In this document: piece by piece, positions 1-9,411 of the stretch | Numbering within the stretch: the stretch's first letter is position 1 | How the letters are laid out: each line of letters starts with the position of its first letter | Assembly (NCBI GenBank): GCA_965198065.1 | Contig: CBDAON010000004.1 | Span: 384,001 to 448,000 of the forward strand | DNA: 64,000 nt | Direction of reading: 5' to 3' | Source: Longimicrobiales bacterium | Lineage (GTDB): Bacteria; Gemmatimonadota; Gemmatimonadetes; Longimicrobiales; Gaopeijiaceae | Program-made: the position numbers and the translations under genes | Notes under the pieces: model-generated | Told to the model about the DNA's origin: nothing | What the model saw: the letters and a program-made list of their open reading frames with translations, nothing else | Databases searched by the model: none

Positions 1-158
1 TCCTGCAACTGACAGCCTGCGTTGAGCACGAGCCGCGGGTAAAAGGCGAGCTCAGCGGATACGCTGCGTACCCAGACCGTTCCCACCTGGTGGGTGCGCA
101 GACCAAGATCACCTTGACCTAGTCTAGACATACCTTCGGTGTCGCTTCTCATGGCCAT
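1..158 (-). CDS. Hypothetical protein, N-terminal part (runs off window)
   Basis: Minus strand GGAGCGAAAGG-ATG-GCC-ATG; open frame MAMRSDTEGMSRLGQGDLG... to position 1; no recognisable motif. Confidence 0.35.
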   Translation of the reverse strand, partial: MAMRSDTEGMSRLGQGDLGLRTHQVGTVWVRSVSAELAFYPRLVLNAGCQLQ

Positions 159-305
159 CCTTTCGCTCCGAAGAGACTTCCTGGAGGCTGCCCACTACAT
201 GTCTATCGAAGCATCTCTTTCCATCTTCATCCGGCAGACCGTTTCGATCCGGCCAAACTGTCAGGTGAATGCCATCACAGAACACCCGACGCTTGCTGAT
301 TTCGA

Positions 306-1697
306 TCAGGCCAGGAGTGAAGGCGCAGACGATGTTGCTTTCTCGGGAGGGGATTCCTCCGGTTCATCACGCGGAAATCTGGGAGCCTTCGGCACATACG
401 GCACCAGACCCTCCATTGCTTGACGATAGAAGCGTTCCACACCGTCCGTAATGGACGTGAGTACACGGGCACCGGCCCGTCGTCCACGCCCGGTAGCGGC
501 CCGTCGTCCACGCCCGGTAGCCAGCCCCATTGTCCAACTGAGCACGAAGAAACGAGGTTCTGCGTCTGTAGAGATCGCCGCGCGATCAGGGCCCGTCATG
601 ATCGGCATGGGTCCGTCTTGAAGGGCGTCGATCGGGGCTTCAGTGTATAGCCCTCGCCTGTTCCACTCTACGTGCACCTGCAATCCCTTGGGAAGGTCGT
701 CAATGGGAAGCTTCCGCAGCAACCAATTGAGCCGTGTCTTTGTTCTTCCTTCACTCGGCGCCGGGAACCTGACCGAATACCGCACGACTTTACCCTGAAG
801 CATCAGCTCCAGACGTATATCACCAATCGCATCTCGCACTTTCAATGCGCCTGTCAAAATGCCACTGTCAAGGGCCTCCGCACACATCTGTTTCGTGCGT
901 CTGCCAGGGTCCTTCACATCTGCCCGAGACGTACGGCGCTGCACGTCTGCTCCCATTTTGGCGCGCAGCCGGAAAGCCAGCTTCTTGAGAAATGCATCCC
1001 AATGTTCGGTAACGTCGGTCAGTTGATTAGGTACCGTAGAAAGTTTGTGTTCTCTCGCAGCCTGAAGCACGATACCCCAGTGAGCACCGAGCGACGGGGG
1101 GGCGATGATGCGCGACTCGTCGTCGGTGATATACTTGATCCACTCATCAAGCATCCAGTGTTGATCCGAATCTTTGATCTCCTTCTTGGTACTGAGCACT
1201 TGTGCTTCCGCGAGAAGACGCTCCCACGATAGGTGGACGACCGGCACCTTACGCAGACGTCTCCCATCTAACTCCACTGGAGGTCGTCCGTTGGGCAGGG
1301 AGGCCTGGTTGCTGATTGTCACGAGGGCATCAAAACCTCCCTCGCCCGCCAACTTGTGGTAGGTATCGACCTGTCCAGCGTCGAGGAGATTGTCACCCAC
1401 CTTGACCTCGACGGGCGCCGACCACTGGGTCTTTCCGCGGATGACACGGATTATGCCATCTGGTCGAACGATCCTGGTCGGAGAAGTCCCCATCTCGAAG
1501 CTCGCTTCGGTGTAGCACGAGATGCGCCCCGCAGGCCCGCCCGCAGCACGAACCACGATCCGCCCAAACTCGGACACCGCCCGTACCATAGCTAATAGGG
1601 ATGCTGCGGCGCGCAGCTCGGCCTCCCGTGTGCTGGAGATGTGTGCAGACGGAAACAGACGGACTTCGTGTCCCTCAAGTCTGTCGCTGTGTACCAT
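306..1697 (-). CDS. Conserved hypothetical protein with PD-(D/E)XK nuclease-like N-terminal domain
   Basis: Long ORF with RPDGII...VEVKVG motif and LVTISN; GGAG SD before ATG 1697. Confidence 0.65.
   Translation of the reverse strand: MVHSDRLEGHEVRLFPSAHISSTREAELRAAASLLAMVRAVSEFGRIVVRAAGGPAGRISCYTEASFEMGTSPTRIVRPDGIIRVIRGKTQWSAPVEVKVGDNLLDAGQVDTYHKLAGEGGFDALVTISNQASLPNGRPPVELDGRRLRKVPVVHLSWERLLAEAQVLSTKKEIKDSDQHWMLDEWIKYITDDESRIIAPPSLGAHWGIVLQAAREHKLSTVPNQLTDVTEHWDAFLKKLAFRLRAKMGADVQRRTSRADVKDPGRRTKQMCAEALDSGILTGALKVRDAIGDIRLELMLQGKVVRYSVRFPAPSEGRTKTRLNWLLRKLPIDDLPKGLQVHVEWNRRGLYTEAPIDALQDGPMPIMTGPDRAAISTDAEPRFFVLSWTMGLATGRGRRAATGRGRRAGARVLTSITDGVERFYRQAMEGLVPYVPKAPRFPRDEPEESPPEKATSSAPSLLA
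473..520. repeat. Exact 24-bp tandem duplication (ATGRGRRA x2) inside CDS
   Basis: cggcccgtcgtccacgcccggtag at 473-496 and 497-520. Confidence 0.95.
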
Positions 1698-1859
1698 GGT
1701 GTCGTCTCCCACCGTTGATCGTTGGGTTTGCCCGACAGCTGCTTCGAGGATTTGAGATGTGGTGGGACTTCTTTGATTCCTCTGAGTGGTGCTGCCTACC
1801 GGGACCAGCTACCCCCCCTAATATCGCCACTGTTGGTGAACCTGTTGGGACGCTGAAGC

Positions 1860-1898
1860 CTTAGGAGATATACTGACATCTTATCTCATCTGAACCCC
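1860..1898 (-). mobile_element. Probable end of an inserted element, Tn3-like terminal inverted repeat shape
   Basis: Minus strand GGGGTTCAGATGAGATAAGATGTCAGTATATCTCCTAAG (39 nt, GGGG...CTAAG); abrupt GC drop; truncates adjacent gene; partner end not in window. Confidence 0.45.
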
Positions 1899-2397
1899 AG
1901 TGCGCGGCTACGACCGCCTCGTACGCGGACCAGCGCAAGCGCTGTGGCGCGGTCGAGTCCCCCATTCCGATCAACGGCATCTTCGCCCATGTCCTGCAGT
2001 CCCCGCACTGCCTGCCGGCGCACGCCGTAGGCTCGCACTGCGGCGGCACCGTCCAGTCGTCCGGCCACAGGAACACTTGGCGGTAGCGCGTGGCGACTAC
2101 GTCTGCAACCCTCGCGGACGTCGAGCGCGGTGTCATCGGCGCGTCCGTTCGGTATTCGCGCACCCGTAGACTGACTTCCCCCGTTTCCGGGTCTATCCCG
2201 TCGACGATCCCTTTCGCGTACACGCCGTTCTCGAAGCGGTGGGGGCCGTGGAAGTACACCCAGCATTCCCAACCCTTCTCCACAACGTCGATGTAGTGGC
2301 GCCACCCGAGCCGCAATCGGCGACCCTGCATCCGTTCCGGGAGCACGGCTGGCCGGAAGCCGTCGTAGCCGCTGTGTATCTTGTAGAGAAACCTCAC
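1899..2397 (-). pseudogene. 3'-truncated protein: PUA/EVE-like N-terminal domain plus Cys4 cluster
   Basis: GTG overlaps HAD stop (GTGA); GW..Y...VEKGWECWVYF...GVYAKGIV pattern; CEPTAC-CGDC; coding character ends at AAHW where the element end begins. Confidence 0.6.
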
Positions 2398-2987
2398 AGG
2401 TCAAGCAGTTCGTCGAAGCGCGCGAGCACCTTGTCCGCGCGGTAGGGCTCCTCCGTCTCGTACCCGAACGACGCCCAGGCGAACCGCACTGAGGCCGCCT
2501 CCGCAGCCTCAGCGTCCGTGGCTCCGTCCCCCACGAACCAGATCCCCGCGTCCGCTTCCCGCCCAATCTCGGCCAGAACCCAGCGTATCCCGTGCGGCCT
2601 CGGTTTCGCTGGTATTTCCGCCCGGGGTGTCGCGATGGCGGCGGAGTACTTGCCGACGCCGGTCGACTGCAGCAGGGGCTGGACAAGCCAGTCCGGCAGG
2701 TTCGTCACGATACCGATCGGCGTTCCTCTTCCCCGAAGCCGGTCCAGCGTCGGGACGACCCGGTCGTACAGCTCGACCGCACCGCCGTCCTCCCTCGCCG
2801 CCCGGGCCAGCCGCGCGTTGCTCACGCCGCGATCCCTCGCTGCCCGTACGACGCTTACGCCAGCTTCGAGTTCCCGCTCGACCTGCAGCGCCGAAACGCC
2901 GGACAGCCGTGCGATGGTCCCCGCGTACCACGGGCGGCTGTCCCAAACCGTCCCGTCTAGATCCAGGACGACAACTGTTGCAGCCAC
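2394..2987 (-). CDS. HAD-family hydrolase/phosphatase
   Basis: Motif I VLDLDGT, motif II IVTN, motif III AKPRP, motif IV FVGDGATD; GTG 2987 overlaps dprA end. Confidence 0.9.
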   Translation of the reverse strand: MAATVVVLDLDGTVWDSRPWYAGTIARLSGVSALQVERELEAGVSVVRAARDRGVSNARLARAAREDGGAVELYDRVVPTLDRLRGRGTPIGIVTNLPDWLVQPLLQSTGVGKYSAAIATPRAEIPAKPRPHGIRWVLAEIGREADAGIWFVGDGATDAEAAEAASVRFAWASFGYETEEPYRADKVLARFDELLDL

Positions 2988-4066
2988 GCTTCTTGTTCTT
3001 GCGGATTGTCCGTCAGTTCGAAGGCGAAACCGCCCGTGCGATCGTCTTCCTCGATGAGTGCGTTGCCGCTCGTCTCCTTGGACCCATCCGTCCTGAATGT
3101 GGCGACCAGCTTCTTCTGCTCCCGTCCGAAGCGGTAGGCGTTCATCGCTCCCCCGGTCAGCGACGACTGGGCAACCAGGACGCCCTGGGCGAACGCCACG
3201 ATCAGCTTGTTCCTCTTTCTGAGCAGCAGCGACGACGCCCGCTGTCCGAAGCCGAATTCGCTGACGAACGCCGCTCCTGGGTGCGCGAGCAGCTCTTGCC
3301 ACAACTCGCGGTTCTCCGGTGGAAACACCTTGTCGAGTCCACAGGGCATAACGCACACCGTGCGGCCCCCAGCCTCCACGGCTGCGCTGTGCCCCATCGA
3401 GTCGGCGCCCATTGCGAACCCCGACACGACCACCATTCGATTGCGCGCCGCCACCGTCGCGAACCGCTGAGCGGCGCTCGCGTAGGGTTCGTGCGTCTTC
3501 CGCGAGCCCACGATGGCCACCGTCCCCGCCGCGTCCCAGACCGCCGGATCCCCGCGCACGTAGAGCACGGGTACCGGATTGTTGCTCGCGTACACACGCG
3601 CCGGGTACCCCGGGTCGCCATGGACGAGGATGGTCGCCGAGAGTTCGGCTGCACGTTCGAGTTGGTCGATTGCCCTCCCCCGCCCCGCGGCCACGTCCGC
3701 CTCCGAAAGGGCGGCAATACCGCCTCGCAGCTTTTCGCCCGTGCGCCCCCTGAACGGCAGGAGATCGGGGTTCCTGATCGCCGCCTGTGCGTCGACGCCG
3801 GCGTCGTACATGGCACGGAACTTCACAGGACCGAACCCGGGGACCCGCTCCAGCGCGAAAATGGCGCCGAGACGGTCGGCGCCAGGGCCGCGCCCGCTTC
3901 GATACGGTGCGTCCCCTACGATGTCCCGGCCCCTCAGCAACCGTTCCTCCAGCAACAACCTGACGGCTTCAGACCTCGATGGCGCTGGGGTACGAGTGGT
4001 CCGCCAACCGTCCAGCGCTTTGATGGTCGCCTCGTCCAGCCGTGACTCGATACGTTGCGTCGTCAT
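2957..4066 (-). CDS. dprA: DprA/Smf-family protein with N-terminal ribbon-helix-helix-like domain
   Basis: VAIVGSRK, VVVSGFAMGADSMGH, RNKLIVAFAQGVLVAQSSLTGGA; N-term IESRLDEATIKALDGW...SRSEAVRLLLEE; GAGAGAGGA SD. Confidence 0.9.
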   Translation of the reverse strand: MTTQRIESRLDEATIKALDGWRTTRTPAPSRSEAVRLLLEERLLRGRDIVGDAPYRSGRGPGADRLGAIFALERVPGFGPVKFRAMYDAGVDAQAAIRNPDLLPFRGRTGEKLRGGIAALSEADVAAGRGRAIDQLERAAELSATILVHGDPGYPARVYASNNPVPVLYVRGDPAVWDAAGTVAIVGSRKTHEPYASAAQRFATVAARNRMVVVSGFAMGADSMGHSAAVEAGGRTVCVMPCGLDKVFPPENRELWQELLAHPGAAFVSEFGFGQRASSLLLRKRNKLIVAFAQGVLVAQSSLTGGAMNAYRFGREQKKLVATFRTDGSKETSGNALIEEDDRTGGFAFELTDNPQEQEAWLQQLSSWI

Positions 4067-4174
4067 TCCTCTCTCACTACCAGCACCGCCGCCAGGCGGT
4101 CGTCTTCCTGCCAACCGGCGCTCCCGTCGCGTTTTCGTCAATGGGACGCGACCAACGGGCCGTTCCGTACGTCC

Positions 4175-5197
4175 TCAACTCCCCGTTCCCTGCGTGTGGC
4201 GGCTGGACTGGAGCGAACTCTCCGCCAGCGCAAGCACCAGCAGCACGACGCGCTGGCAACCGGACTCGCGAAGCCGCAGAGCACACACGCCCGTAGTGTG
4301 ACCGCGGTTCATCACGTCGTCGAGCAGTAGGACCGTTCGTCCCCGCACCTCATCCGCCTTCCGGTCGGCGAACGAGTACTGGCGGGCCAGCTCTGTTTTG
4401 CCGACGAATCTCGACCGCGCCGAGCTGTCCGCTCGTTCGAGGAAGTCCGTGCGCAGCGGGATCCTGAGCCTCGAACTCAGGTGTTCTCCGGTCTTGGCCA
4501 GGATGTCCAAGCCTCTCTCTGCCCTCCGGCTCTCCGCCGCGGGCACTGGTACGATGTAATCCACTTCACGGATCCACGCTCGGCACATCGGGCTGGCTCG
4601 CACATGCTCTGCCAGAACGCGCCCGAAAAAACCCGGTAGCACAGGATTGCCCTGTTTGAATTCCCGGATTAGTAGCGACCATTGCTCGTTGCGGTTCTTG
4701 TCGCCGGCCCAGCGGTAGACGCCGATGGCCGACACCTCGTCGATTCCCACTACGGTCGGGCTGCGTATCGCTTGGTTCAATCCGAATTGCTTCAGGAACC
4801 TGCCGCGCAACTCGACCTCCGAGGGCGGCCTCTCGAACTGTTCTGCGATCGCCGCGTCGAACTTCCTGACTTCCGCGCTCGCACCTTTCTGGATGACGGT
4901 CAGCTGCTGCTGGATCAGCCACCTGAGTCGCCGGGGCACGCCGGGAAACCGCAGAGCAGTTTGGAGATCCCCGACGGTCCGCGATTCGTCCAGATCGCTT
5001 TGGTGCGCCAGCGCGCGCCGATAGAACGCGTATGCTAGGTCGTCAGCGTGCTTCGCCTGCTGCTTCGGCGACGAGCCCGACCGATCAAACCTCTCGGCGG
5101 CATCCGAGTGATGCCCCTCTCTCGCCAACCGGGCAGCGTCGTCCAGCTGCTTGCGCTGGAATTTAGCCTTCAGACTGGATAGGTCCGCGGACATCAT
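4175..5197 (-). CDS. ComF-like phosphoribosyltransferase with helical TPR-like N-terminus
   Basis: IVPVP and PRPP loop LLLDDVMNRGHT; lacks the ComF double zinc ribbon. Confidence 0.85.
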   Translation of the reverse strand: MMSADLSSLKAKFQRKQLDDAARLAREGHHSDAAERFDRSGSSPKQQAKHADDLAYAFYRRALAHQSDLDESRTVGDLQTALRFPGVPRRLRWLIQQQLTVIQKGASAEVRKFDAAIAEQFERPPSEVELRGRFLKQFGLNQAIRSPTVVGIDEVSAIGVYRWAGDKNRNEQWSLLIREFKQGNPVLPGFFGRVLAEHVRASPMCRAWIREVDYIVPVPAAESRRAERGLDILAKTGEHLSSRLRIPLRTDFLERADSSARSRFVGKTELARQYSFADRKADEVRGRTVLLLDDVMNRGHTTGVCALRLRESGCQRVVLLVLALAESSLQSSRHTQGTGS

Positions 5198-5742
5198 CAC
5201 CCCTCGGCCGGTCCGTTCGACCCGTCGTCCACGACTCGTGCGGGTTCCCCAAGTGCAACACCTTCACCGGCGCGACGTCCCGTCGATCCGTTCGTCCAAT
5301 GTCGTTTGACATATAGGGGATTGACGGCTCGCTCACCCATAACAGACGAGATGACGGCGCACGGTATGACCTCCCCTGTGATGATCCATGGGCGCCGCGA
5401 TGCCCGCCAATCCCTGTACTGGCGCTCTAAGGCGCATACTCCCCACGGGACATCCATCGCGGCTGCTGGCGGGGGTACCCCGGAGTCCCCCCAGTGCTCA
5501 CCGGCGCAGGGGGCAATTGGTCACTCCCGGCCCGTTTGCCCGTACTGCTCAAGTCAAGAGCACTCGAAGCGAAAACCGCGCTCGCAAGGGTACAGGGGCG
5601 CCTGTCGGAAGTCTCGCCGCGCCACGATACCACCAGCAAGACCATGAACGTGTCGGCCACCGGACGGCCACGCCGCCACGGCCGGAAGCCACGTGCCTGG
5701 CCTAGCCGCGCGCCGCAGGGGGTTCGAAGGGGCAGCATAATG

Positions 5743-6164
5743 CTAGGGTTCGAACCCATACCTGCCCCCCCGCCCTATGATCGGATGGCTAGGTTCAACG
5801 GCGGTGCCCTGAAAGCGGTTCGGCTGCAGCTGCGAGGCCCCCAATTTCACGCGGGGGTGGCGCAGTGGCGACGCACGAGCCGCCTGCGCACGTTGAAAGC
5901 CTGCCTGCCGAAGCAGATCTGCCAATTCAGCCAAGAACTGGCGGTCTCCGCGTAGCGGCGCACGGAGGCGCTTGTCCATCAGTCCACCTCGTCGTCCAGA
6001 AACTCACGCCTCTCGTTCGTCTCGCGGTTCAGATACACCATCGTCCAGTCATCGGCTTGCGGTCCATTTGCCGACCCGAGAAGCTCCCGAGATAGAACTG
6101 CCGCGACGAGCTGTACGGCGGCACGACACTTGTCATATCTTGCCTGCGAAGGTGAACGTGCCAC
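5743..6164 (-). CDS. Two small coupled hypothetical ORFs (5979-6164 and 5743-5979)
   Basis: TGATG stop/start overlap at 5979; no motif recognised. Confidence 0.3.
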
Positions 6165-6374
6165 TGCGAGGCATCGGGAGGCAGGCCACCCACGGTGCTA
6201 GCGTTTCAGCGGAGGGCGGATGACCCGCTAGCCAAGTTGCGGTCCACCCTCAAAGAGTATGAACGAGCAGGAACTCTCGGCAGCGTGCCGGTAGCGGAAC
6301 TACTCCTCGTCTCGCACACTCGCTCGAACGGTTCCAGTTGACCTGGCCTACGCACAACCCGAGTCCCTAGGCAC

Positions 6375-6866
6375 ATGATCCGAAACTACACCGATGAGGA
6401 GCTCATGAGGCTCCGTAAGCTTCCCAAGAAGGTACGAAACCCGGGAGCCCACTGGTCTGAGAAACCGACAGAACATCCGGCCCACAGACAACGTACTTTA
6501 AAGGCGACAGGAACCAGTACGGATGGCCGAGAACACCGTTTCCTGATCTATCAACGTAAGAACCTTCGTGACGAGCCCAGTTACTCGTGCGGGATCGTCT
6601 ACCTGCCACCAAGTGGGCCGAGGCTCACGCTGGCTCGGTACAATGGGCCGAGTCACCGGCACGGGGGCATCCGTTACAAAACTCACATTCATCGGGCCAC
6701 GGAGACCGCCATGGCTGCTGGGGCGCGACCAGAGCAGCCAGCCGAGGAAACCACGCGCTACAGTACCCTCGAGGGTGCCTTTGCATGTCTTATCGAAGAC
6801 TTTAACCTGTCTGGAGTACACGCCGAACCTGATCATCCGAGTCTGTTTCATGGCCATCAAACCTGA
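6375..6866 (+). CDS. Hypothetical protein with RYNG-x2-H-x-H...HIH motif (DUF6978/TumE-like), partner of DUF1828 gene
   Basis: LARYNGPSHRH...KTHIHRATE; overlaps next gene by 17 nt. Confidence 0.7.
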   Translation: MIRNYTDEELMRLRKLPKKVRNPGAHWSEKPTEHPAHRQRTLKATGTSTDGREHRFLIYQRKNLRDEPSYSCGIVYLPPSGPRLTLARYNGPSHRHGGIRYKTHIHRATETAMAAGARPEQPAEETTRYSTLEGAFACLIEDFNLSGVHAEPDHPSLFHGHQT

Positions 6867-7629
6867 CGACCTTGAGCGGCGACTGTGCGAACAGCTCTGC
6901 GCCGCCGTTCGTGTGGAGCAACGTCCCGACGGCGAGTTCATGCTCGCGGCTGAATTCGAATTCCCCGATGGGGACAAATACCCAATCCACCTATCGGAAG
7001 CCCCCGGCGGCGTCCGGTTATCAGACAAGGGCGACACGTTGATGCGGATAAGCTACGACCATGACATCGACGCTTTCATTACCGGAAGTCGCGGGCTACT
7101 GATCGAGCGCATCTTGAGCGAGGAACGAGTCGACCAGGACCGAGGCGTGTTCTACCTAGATACGCCTACCGACCGTCTTTCCGATGCCCTCTTTCGTTAT
7201 GGTCGCGCCCTCACCCGAATCTATGACCTCACACTCCATTCACGGTCACGGGACGCCTCCACCTTCTACGAGGACCTCGCGGACCTTATCCTCCATACGG
7301 CTGACGAAGAACAGATCCAGCGCGACCACCTTCTGCCCGACATTCCCAACTCCGAGGCCTATCCGATCGACTATCGATTGCCAGGGAAGCGTGGTGGGCA
7401 GGTTTTCTTGTATGGCGTTCCGAATCGGGACAAGGCCCGTCTGACCACCATTATCCTGTCCCACTTTCACCGAATTCACTTGGACTTCGAGTCGATTCTA
7501 GTTTTCGACGATCAGGCTGAGATCCCTCGGATGGACTTGGCCAGGCTCTCGGATGTGGGAGGAGAAATGGTTTCGTCGCTCACGTCGAGTGACGATCTGC
7601 GCCGAAAGATGGAGCGCCGGCTCGCCTAG
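6850..7629 (+). CDS. DUF1828/DUF1829-type protein
   Basis: FEFPDGDKYPIHL...VRLSDKGDTLMRISY signature; C-terminal YPIDY... REase-like segment. Confidence 0.8.
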   Translation: MAIKPDDLERRLCEQLCAAVRVEQRPDGEFMLAAEFEFPDGDKYPIHLSEAPGGVRLSDKGDTLMRISYDHDIDAFITGSRGLLIERILSEERVDQDRGVFYLDTPTDRLSDALFRYGRALTRIYDLTLHSRSRDASTFYEDLADLILHTADEEQIQRDHLLPDIPNSEAYPIDYRLPGKRGGQVFLYGVPNRDKARLTTIILSHFHRIHLDFESILVFDDQAEIPRMDLARLSDVGGEMVSSLTSSDDLRRKMERRLA

Positions 7630-7991
7630 CCTTCGTTCCTTTACGTGCTGGCCCATGACAGTGCCTCCGGCGTGACGCTGAATCCCTTTGGTCAAACTGT
7701 ACCAGTACCTCAATACCGAACAATGCAATCCATCAACGAGTCCCGTGTAATGTTTCTAGATCTCCGAAGTCACAACAGCCTGACGTCACCAGACCGTGGC
7801 GACGCCGTTGCCCTTCCGGATCTCCCCGCACGCCATCAAGATACGCGTTCCACGAGATGGCGGAGGGTGGTTCACGGAAGCTTCAGTAGGCGACTCAGAG
7901 GGGGGGACGCAACCCGACGGATCGGGAACTCAAGGAGGACACGGTTCGGGTCGATACCTAGCCGCCCAGCGCGGACATCGCGAGGCCTGAC

Positions 7992-8935
7992 ATGAAGGAG
8001 TGGCAGCAGGCCGCACGCATCACAGGCGCGCCTTGGTTCCTTCTCGTGCTCGCCGTATCCGGGTGTCTCCCGACACAGGACTCGCCCGAGGCGCAGTACA
8101 ACCTCGGTGTCATGTACGCCAGCGGCGAGGGGGTCCCTCAGGATGACGCCGAAGCCGTGCGCTGGTACCGCATGGCTGCCGAGCAGGGTCACGCCGAGGC
8201 GCAGAACAATCTTGGCGTCATGTACGACAACGGCCGGGGGGTCACTCAGGACGACGCTGAAGCCGTACGTTGGTATCGGATAGCCGCCGAGCAGGGTGAA
8301 CCCCGTGCCCAGTTCAACCTCGCGGGCATGTACGACAACGGCCGGGGGGTCACTCAGGACGACGCTGAAGCCGTACGTTGGTATCGGATAGCCGCCGAGC
8401 AGGGTGAACCCCGTGCCCAGTTCAACCTCGCGGGCATGTACGACAACGGCCGGGGGGTCACTCAGGACGACGCTGAAGCCGTACGTTGGTATCGGATAGC
8501 CGCCGAGCAGGGTGAACCCCGTGCCCAGTTCAACCTCGCGGGCATGTACGACAACGGCCGGGGGGTCACTCAGGACGACGCTGAAGCCGTACGTTGGTAT
8601 CGGATAGCCGCCGAGCAGGGCGAGGCCCGTGCACAGTACTATCTCGGGTGGATGTACGTCGGCGGCGACCCTTGGGACCAGCTCTGGCTGGGCGGCCAAG
8701 CTTCCGTTGAGCTGGCCCCGACGGTCCCGACGGACACGGTGTTGGCGCATATGTGGTTCAACATGGCCGGAGCAAACGGAGACGCACGGGCCCGAAGCGA
8801 AAGGGAGCGCCTAGAGCGATACATGACGCAGGAGGACATAGGCGCGCTACCGACTTCGCGCGCCGGTGTATTGAGTCGAGCTACCGGGAATGTGGCCCAG
8901 GGCAGCACCCGGATTCGCCGCCCTCGTCCCGATAA
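7992..8935 (+). CDS. Sel1-repeat lipoprotein (apparent 1-nt deletion near 8841)
   Basis: Lipobox LAVSGC; repeated AQxNLGxMYxxGxGVxQDxAEAVRWYRxAAEQG; typical C-terminus RATDFARRCIESSYRECG lies in the alternative frame ending at 8935. Confidence 0.9.
8219..8620. repeat. About 3.7 identical 108-bp tandem units (one Sel1 repeat each)
   Basis: tgtacgacaacggccgggggg recurs at 8221, 8329, 8437, 8545. Confidence 0.95.
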
Positions 8936-9411
8936 GGCTAGCCTTGCCACCCGGGCAGAACCAGATACTTCGCGTACCCTTCGAGGCCTCCTCCGGCGAG
9001 GAGGCCGTCATCGGCTTGCCACAGCATGTTCACCTCAGCGGAGACTATTCGAGCCAGACAACGGATGAGCCTAGGAAATCGGTGGTGCCATGGCGATCAC
9101 CGATACAATCGGGACGCGCTGACACGGGACCCGATGCGACCCGGATTCCCGCCATTCGATGCCGTTTTCTCGCTGTTTCGGTACGCTGCAATCAGCCATC
9201 GGCCAACGGCAAGTGCGGCAGATCGTGCAGTCCCGGTTGAACTTAGACGATTACTTGCCGTAAACGCACAACTTGAATCCGATACCGTCCAAGGATTTCC
9301 GGGTAGGTGCATAACATCCAGTATTTACAACAGGTTACGTAGTTTCTTTCTTGTCTCGTTCTGCCAGCAGTGCCCTTTGCGATCCCGTTCCATCCCAGTT
9401 ATGATTGTGGG

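Noticed and set aside
2957..5197. Housekeeping competence dprA/comF locus
   Set aside because: PRTase lacks the double zinc ribbon, DprA has atypical termini, no competence genes nearby, HAD gene is coupled
5741..5762. Possible att copy of tRNA-Leu 3' end
   Set aside because: Only the TTCGAACCCA core matches; acceptor-stem sequence does not
8219..8620. CRISPR array
   Set aside because: Contiguous in-frame 108-bp coding units, no spacers, no cas genes in window
8985..9104. Hairpin ggcctcctc/gaggaggcc and a 27-bp near-palindrome
   Set aside because: No U-tract and no second copy seen; function unsupported
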